Part shown: one piece after another, positions 50,800 to 64,000 of the stretch
Layout: each line of letters starts with the position of its first letter
How positions within the stretch are numbered: the stretch's first letter is position 1
Assembly: GCA_002269645.1 (NCBI GenBank)
Contig: NIVC01000997.1
Location: forward strand, 310,001 to 374,000
Reading direction: 5' to 3'
Source: Macrostomum lignano
Taxonomy: Eukaryota
Length of the DNA stretch: 64,000 nucleotides
Translations under genes and position numbers: made by a program
Notes under the pieces: generated by a model
Seen by the model: only the letters and a program-made list of their open reading frames with translations
Told to the model about the DNA's origin: nothing
Database searches by the model: none

Positions 50800-51430
50800 T
50801 GCTTGCAGGAATGTCAGAAATGTCAGGAATGTCAGTAGTGTCAGGAATATATCAGGAAAGTCAGGATTGCAAAGATATCAGAAATGTGAGGAATGTAAGG
50901 AATGTCAAGAATTTCAGGAATGTCAGGACTGGCAGGAATGTCAAGAGTGTCAGGAATGTCAAAATGTCAAGAATGTCAGGAATGTCAGGAATGTCAGGAA
51001 TGTCAGGAATGTTAGGAATGTGTGGAATGTGTGGAATGTCAGGAATGTCAGGAATGTCAGGAATGTCAGGAATGTCAGGAATGTCAGGAATGTCAGGAAT
51101 GTCAGGAATGTCAAGAATGTCAGGAATGTCAGGAATGTCAGGAATGTCAGGAATGTTAGGAATGTGTGGAATGTGTGGAATGTCAGGAATGTCAGGAATG
51201 TCAGGAATGTCAGGAATGTCAGGAATGTCAGGAATGTCAGGAATGTCAGGAATGTCAGGAATGTCAGGAATGTCAGGAATGTCAGGAATGTCAGGAATGT
51301 GTGGAATGTGTGGAATGTCAGGAATGTCAGGAATGTCAGGAATGTCAGGAATGTCAGGAATGTCAGAAATGTCAGGAATGTCAGGAATGTCAGGAATGTC
51401 AGGAATGTCAGGAATGTCAGGAATGTGGGG
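50800..51430 (+). repeat. 9-bp minisatellite (GTCAGGAAT)n
   Basis: Direct tandem repeat; source of the MSG/RNV/QEC/PDI ORFs. Confidence 0.95.
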
Positions 51431-51943
51431 ATCGCTTACAAACACAAAGTTACTGAGGAATCGAACTCATGCAGATGTCAAACCATTGTACTTTTTTGAG
51501 CCCGCTAATCTGCATACTGTACACTAATCAATCACTAATTGGTCACAAGACTTCAGCAAAAGGAACTAAAACACAGTTATTAATAAACTTACCCCTCACA
51601 GACTTAAATATCTGAAAGACATGGCTTACGCTGAATAGCTTTTAGAACGCCAGTCCCATGACCAGTTTCCTGATCTCTGCAACTTGACTTGCTGATTCAA
51701 CTTAACGATATTTAAACTGAACATGTAGATAGGCAGTATCTATATTTGGACTTTGGTAAAGCAGTGAACTCATATTTAGAGTAATGATTCATAAAGTTAT
51801 TATCAAGTCTTGAATTACAAAAAAAACAAATTATACAAAGAAAAAATAACCGTCTTTAACGGTAAAAAATAGGTTTACCTGCATTCCTTGCCTCCATGCT
51901 TCTTGTTTTTTATGATTAAATCTGATTAGCAAAGTATGTGAAG

Positions 51944-53289
51944 CAGGTGTTGGCAAACTCCGACCTGCAGTCCACATGCGGCCCACAAGGGTGCACGACC
52001 ATTGACTGCCACAATTTGACTGCCACAATTTGACTGCCACAATTTGACTGCCACAATTTGACTGCCACAATTTGACTGCCACAATTTGACTGCCACAATT
52101 TGACTGCCACAATTTGACTGCCACAATTTGACTGCCACAATTTGACTGCCACAATTTGACTGCCACAATTTGACTGCCACAATTTGACTGCCACAATTTG
52201 ACTGCCACAATTTGACTGCCACAATTTGACTGCCACAATTTGACTGCCACAATTTGACTGCCACAATTTGACTGCCACAATTTGACTGCCACAATTTGAC
52301 TGCCACAATTTGACTGCCACAATTTGACTGCCACAATTTGACTGCCAAAAAACACTCCAGGCTCTTTATTCCTAATCGTATTTATGCAAGGCTAGCAATG
52401 CTTTTACATGAGCAAAAATACAAGCTACATTTGGCTTTCTTATTAGGCCTAGTCCAAGCTAAAGTTAATGATACGCTAGCGCGCGGCTAGCTCTATAAAC
52501 AGCATTCATGGAACACAGCTACATGTGCAGGATCCGTTTGAACATTAGTAGATATACATGCACGTATTTTTGAAAGCCAAATGTAGCTTGCATTTTTGCT
52601 CATGTAAAAGCCTTGCTAGCCTTGCATAAATACGATCATGAACAAAGAGCTTGGAGTGTTTTTGGCAGTCATTTTTGGCAGTCAAATTGTCGGCAGTCAA
52701 ATTGACCACAGTCGAATTGTGGCAGTCAATTGTCGTAGACCCACAGAGCCTCTCTATCCGGCCCTCGGGTCCTTGGAAATTTCATAATAGCAATCCGGCC
52801 TGCTCAAGATTTGTGTCTATTCTCAGCTCTGTAATTCTCTTCTCTCACCTCTTCTCTCTCCCTCTCTCCCATCTTCTCTCCTCTCTCTTCGATTTCAAGT
52901 GCAGTCACATTAATTTGGAGCTATATTGGGATCTCGGCTTGGCTCTGCTCGTGCAATTAACGCCCAGCTTGAGGGCCAACCGCCAAGGCACAGTGAAGTG
53001 TACATGAATAACGATAAATAAAGTTAGGGCCGCTGTACACTCCTGTGTGAGTGTGTGCCTGTGCGTATGACTGCGTACGTATCCGCGCGCTTGTGTGCCT
53101 GCTCAGGGGAGTCGGCGGAACGGGCAGTAATGCCTCTCGCCGGTTGTGTGACAATGTCGCTTAAAGTGCACTAGGGTGCACACAGCCACCCTGCCTCTAT
53201 AACAAAATCTATTCTTTCATCTTCTCTCTCTCCTATCCTCTCTCCTCATATCTGGCCCGCAGCCATGAGCTTGAGTTTGCCGACTTCTG
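51944..53289. mobile_element. Composite non-autonomous hAT-like element containing a foldback segment and a 300-bp dispersed repeat
   Basis: Imperfect TIRs CAGGTGTTGGCAAACTC / GAGTTTGCCGACTTCTG with subterminal GCGGCCC/GGCCCGC motifs. The putative 8-bp flanks match at only 5 of 8 positions. Confidence 0.5.
52003..52347 (+). repeat. 14-bp tandem array (TTTGACTGCCACAA), ~24 copies
   Basis: Near-perfect direct repeat; inverted degenerate copies at ~52665-52730. Confidence 0.95.
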
Positions 53290-53319
53290 ATGCAGAGGAG
53301 TTACATGTAAGCGACTCAC

Positions 53320-53582
53320 GAATCCTACAGATGCTGTTCACCACAAATTGGATTGGGATTCCCGGCGCATGTCAGGTAGCATAAAGATTGCGCCACTTCA
53401 ATTTCACTATAGCCGTTGTTGCAGTAGCATTGGTTACTGTTCCGCACTCCAAAGCAGGTAAAGTTGCCTGCGACGCACGATTTGTAGCACAACTCCACTG
53501 TCATGACGGACGACGTTGAGCTTGATCTGAAAAGATCTCTTGTTAGATTATAAGAGTCACTGAAGCCGCCAAATGTAGACAT
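53320..53582 (-). pseudogene. Degenerate WSC exon (copy 11); 5' end lost next to a minisatellite
   Basis: TRDL..MTVELCYKSCVAG...CFG...CYCN..C..TCAG..ICG with frameshifts; retains the ATT C|GTGAGT donor at 53319. Confidence 0.75.
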
Positions 53583-53584
53583 GG

Positions 53585-55100
53585 TAGCGCCCCTGTCTCT
53601 TGGTTCTCTTGGGGGCGCCCCTGTCTCTTGGTGGGAGCCCCTGTCTCTTGGTTCTCTTGGGGGCGCCCCTGTCTCTTGGTGGTCGCCCCTGTCTCTTGGT
53701 TCTCTTGGGGGCGCCCCTGTCTCTTGGTGGGAGCCCCTGTCTCTTGGTGGGCGCCCCTGTCTCTTGGTGGGCGCTCCTGTCTCTTGGTGGGCGCCCCTGT
53801 CTCTTGGTGGGCGCCTCTGTCTCTTGGTGAGCGCCTCTGTCTCTTGGTGGGCGCTCCTGTCTCTTGATGGGCGTCCGTCTCTTGGTGGGCGCCCCTGTCT
53901 CTTGGTGGGCGCCCCTGTCTCTTGGTGGGCGCTCCTGTCTCTTGGTAGGCGTCCCCGTCTCTTGGTGGGCGTCCGTCTCTTGGTGGGCGCCCCTGTCTCT
54001 TGGGGGCGCCCCCGTCTCTTGGTGGGCGCCCCTGTCTCTTGGTGGGCGCTCCTGTCTCTTGGTGGGCGCCCCTGTCTCTTGGTGGGCGCCTCTGTCTCTT
54101 GGTGAGCGCCTCTGTCTCTTGGTGGGCGCTCCTGTCTCTTGATGGGCGTCCGTCTCTTGGTGGGCGCCCCTGTCTCTTGGTGGGCGCTCCTGTCTCTTGC
54201 TAGGCGTCCCCGTCTCTTGGTGGGCGTCCGTCTCTTGGTGGGCGCCCCTGTCTCTTGGTGGGCGTCCCTGTCACTTGGTGGGCGTCCCTGTCACTTGGTG
54301 GGTGTCTCTGCCTCTTGGTGGGTGTTCCTGTCTCTTGGTGGACGTCCCTGTCTCTTGGTGGGCGTCCCCGTCTCTTGGTGGGCGCCCCTGTCTCTTGGTG
54401 GGCGCCCCTGTCTCTTGGTGGGCGCCCCTGTCTCTTGGTGGACGTCCCTGTCTCTTGGTGGGTGGCTCCTGTCTCTTGGTGGGCGTCCCCGTCTCTTGGT
54501 GGACGTCCCTGTCTCTTGGTGGGCGTCCGTCTCTTGGTGGGCGGCTCCTGTCTCTTGGTGGGCGCCCCTGTCTCTTGGTGGGCGCCCCTGTCTCTTGGTG
54601 GACGTCCCTGTCTCTTGGTGGGTGGCTCCTGTCTCTTGGTGGGCGTCCCCGTCTCTTGGTGGACGTCCCTGTCTCTTGGTGGGCGTCCGTCTTTTGGTGG
54701 GCGGCTCCTGTCTCTTGGTGGGCGTCCCTGTCTCTTGGCGGGCGTCCCCGTCTCTTGGTGGGCGCCCCTGTCTCTTGGTGGGCGCCCCTGTCTCTTGGTT
54801 GGCGCCCCTGTCTCTTGGTGGACGTCCCTGTCTCTTGGTGGGCGTCCGTCTCTTGGTGGGCGGCTCCTGTCTCTTGGTGGGCGTCCCTGTCTCTTGGCGG
54901 GCGTCCCCGTCTCTTGGTGGGCGTCCCTGTCTCTTGGCGGGCGTCCCCGTCTCTTGGTGGGCGCCCCTGTCTCTTGGTGGGCGTCCCTGTCTCTTGGCGG
55001 GCGTCCCCGTCTCTTGGTGGGCGCCCCTGTCTCTTGGTGGGCGCCCCTGTCTCTTGGTTGGCGCCCCTGTCTCTTGGTGGACGTCCCTGTCCCTGTCTCT
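53585..55100 (+). repeat. 18-20-bp minisatellite (CTGTCTCTTGGTGGGCGCCC), ~1.5 kb
   Basis: Direct tandem repeat; all long ORFs here are repeat artefacts. Confidence 0.95.
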
Positions 55101-55365
55101 TAGCCATGACTAAGGGTTGGAAAAAGTTGAGCTGCTGTCATGTGTCGATAGAAATTGCTTACCCATTTCATCTAGTTTTTGGATGAGCGAAATATTTGTG
55201 GGCGATCGGGGCGCCGTGGTCCCAGCTGCCCTAAAAGTCTAAAAGCACAGGGCATGCGTCAAATATACACTGTACTACAAATCAAAAGTGATTGGTAAGA
55301 CTACACTCCAAAGCTATAATAACTTTGTAATATTTTCTCGCAAGATTGAAGTTGAATTAATTTGC

Positions 55366-55598
55366 TTATAATTGCTGTTTATCAGTAGGCTGCATCTTCT
55401 TTTCCCACGTAACCTTGGACACCATAGCAAAGGTGATAATTAGGCAAATCAATGCGGCGGTGAACAGAGCAAAAGGCAGGGCGATCATGTTGTTTAACAG
55501 GGTGGTCTCGCGCAAGTAGCCAACATAGCCAGCCTCCACTTCCAAGACGAAGAACTCCTCTTCGAGTTCGTCCAGCATTGTCAAATTGCTGCAGCTGG
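55366..55598 (-). CDS. Orphan terminal exon encoding an acidic stalk, one transmembrane helix and a short tail
   Basis: Acceptor TTTCTTACAG|CC; LDELEEEFFVLEVEAG...MIALPFALFTAALICLIITFAMVSK...QL*. Upstream exons were not identified. Confidence 0.4.
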
Positions 55599-55989
55599 CT
55601 GTAAGAAATAAATAAATTGTAAGTTATACCTATACAATTTTTTTTATCTCAAAGCTTAAATAATTAACATTAATATAATTAAATAACCATTCGATTACCA
55701 ACCTGTTAGTGAAATAACTTCAATCCCTTAGATTAGAACTTCTTCAATTGTCGATGCTTTTTATGCCAGAAATTCTCGCTCAACTAAAACTGAGCAATCT
55801 TGGACTTGAGTAAACTTACAGCCTTGGTTAACCTTGGCTTAAAGTTTGTAAATAGTCTATGGCTCGCGGCTGTGTGATAGTCATTTTTCTAATTCTATTT
55901 TGAGTAGTAATATTCGCGAAGAATTAATATTTTTGTGAAAGCTTGAACGATACGTGCATACGATTTTTTGGGATCATAATTTTATCCTA

Positions 55990-56760
55990 TATCACCTTGA
56001 CTTATCTCGTTAAAACTACCTATGCTCAGCTAATAACGGTCTTCGACTTAACGCGGAGTATTAACGCAGCTCACCAAGCTCATAAGATACAAAGCATAAT
56101 CACCCCAACACCCGTGACCGACCTGACTTTTGATGAAATCAACACCGCCGTGCAAGCGTACCTAAAGCCAAAGAACATTCTAGGAGTTGAAGAAGTCCAC
56201 CAGTTCTCTCGTGGAATTGCTTTTCGGTTCTAATTTCTGGACTCAAATGCAAACCAACAATAACTCTGGAGGCCAATCAAATCAATTAAGTCATTGATTA
56301 AGTCACTTCAGTCGGCTCCCGAAATCCTGGACTGTAAGAGGGTATTCGCGACCTGGAGCAGGTGGCAGCTTTAGTCTCTACAAAGTCAAGCCCCCTCAGC
56401 AGGGGCGTAGGGAGGGGGGATAGGGGGATGTATCCCCCCCGAAGAGCCTGACCAAAACTTTTTTGTTGCCCTTTGTTGCTATACATGCTACATGTGACTC
56501 TGTCATAGCACTTTTACCTTGGTGTATCCCCCCCGTAGGAAATTCCTGGCTACGCCCCTTGCCCCTCAGCCGGCTCCCTCGACCCTAGCACACTAAGCCC
56601 AACGTGCATAATGGGCACCGGAGTGTCAACGACTGTCGTTACTGCGGTAAGAGTAAAATACATTTCGAATAAAATGCCCAGCGTTTGGCAAGCTTTGTTC
56701 GAAATGTGCTAAGAAAAATCACTTCGCCAGCGCATTTCGCTCGTCATCTTCACGACACTT
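55990..56760 (+). mobile_element. Degenerate Gypsy gag relic
   Basis: LTFDEINTAVQAYLKPKNILGVEEVHQF and the zinc-knuckle-like CRYCG...CPAFGKLCSKCAKKNHFA, with stops and frameshifts. Confidence 0.6.
56400..56561. mobile_element. 162-bp MITE with an 8-bp target-site duplication (hAT-type signature)
   Basis: TIR CAGGGGCGTAG / CTACGCCCCTTG; TSD CCCCTCAG at 56392-56399 and 56562-56569. Confidence 0.85.
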
Positions 56761-57579
56761 CACGCCAAATTAAACAGAGAAAACTTTTATAAAAACGGAG
56801 TTCTATACTATAGCAACACCCAGTCATCAAAAGCCGATGTCATGTAAGGTAAAATATCTAAGACGCGGGATTTTTCAAGTTATCTATCTATATGTACGGT
56901 GCTATAGAAATGCTCATTCATTTCATTTTTATTCTCTCACTCTGTTTAATCTAAAACAGTTAAGACTGCTGATAACAGCTCAACGGTTAGGACAGAAAAT
57001 TTCAAAAAAATATGGCGTGATTCGAATTACTAAGCACTGTATTTCAGGTAGACAGGCAGTTGCCAAGTCGGTAAGTGAAAATTCAACCAGCAACTTATAT
57101 TCTAGCCGGCAACAGTGACCATTAGCGTCTACAATCTAGAAAGAAGCATGAACCACTGCCATTAAAACACATTAAATTAATTAAATTTGCGCACATACAT
57201 TAAAAAAGAGCCTTTCAACGAAGATATCACAAAGATTTGCTTTGCTTGGAGTGTATTTTAATTTAAACGCCCAATCACAAAACACTAAAATGACGACAAT
57301 GAAAGTGCCATGGTTTTTTGAAACTTTGTATACACGCAGGTTCGTAGAATTCGCAGAAGCCCTGTTTTTTGAAACCATTGGGACCCTAACTATACCTGTT
57401 TCAAGTTTTTATTCCTTATTGATTCGTTTCAGAAAATGTACAACACGGGGTACAAAATGTATGTGTTCAGTAAATTAAATTTGAATAAAGCTTTCAAGTC
57501 AGAGATATGCAACATGAATTGATTAGGTAATTTACCGAGAACTTTGTCAGACCTGCTCCGTTGAATTTATACATATTAT

Positions 57580-64000
<6,421 letters not shown>

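Noticed and set aside
50799-55186. Long ORFs (MSG/RNV/QEC/PDI repeats, AVKLWQSNCGSQIV, WWAPLSLGG)
   Set aside because: They are translations of stop-free minisatellites open in several frames and on both strands, with no splice or domain support.
27087-55598. Protocadherin-style splicing of variable WSC exons onto the 55598 TM exon as a constant region
   Set aside because: The TM exon lies upstream of all minus-strand WSC exons, and the WSC copies are on both strands, so cis-splicing is impossible.

Overview
Eukaryotic (animal) genomic DNA. GC-rich exons, poly-Q tracts, some ~50-nt introns and very abundant minisatellites suggest a flatworm such as Macrostomum, but this is inference only. 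Contents in order: (1) the 5' part of an MTA1-family NuRD subunit gene (-, 1-4869); (2) a complete protein 4.1/FERM gene (-, 7983-14033); (3) a Piwi-clade Argonaute copy (+, 17475-23946) with two frameshifts, an in-frame stop, no MID-domain exons and a duplicated catalytic Glu-finger segment; (4) a 26-kb cluster of 11 WSC-domain exons (27087-53582, both strands, 7 intact and 4 decayed), almost all ending in a phase-1 splice donor; (5) a probable Crypton-like tyrosine-recombinase relic (~39100-44050) interrupted by an LTR+PBS(Leu) fragment and by a DIRS/Ngaro-type gag-RT fragment flanked by a 31-bp duplication; (6) the 3' part of a type-I membrane receptor with at least 7 atypical C-type-lectin domains (-, 57580->64000), whose phase-2 exons run from mid-domain to mid-domain. 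LINE, SINE, mariner, Gypsy and MITE relics and many tandem repeats fill the rest. Gene models were built by eye from GT/AG sites, frame consistency and remembered family motifs; no database search was run.
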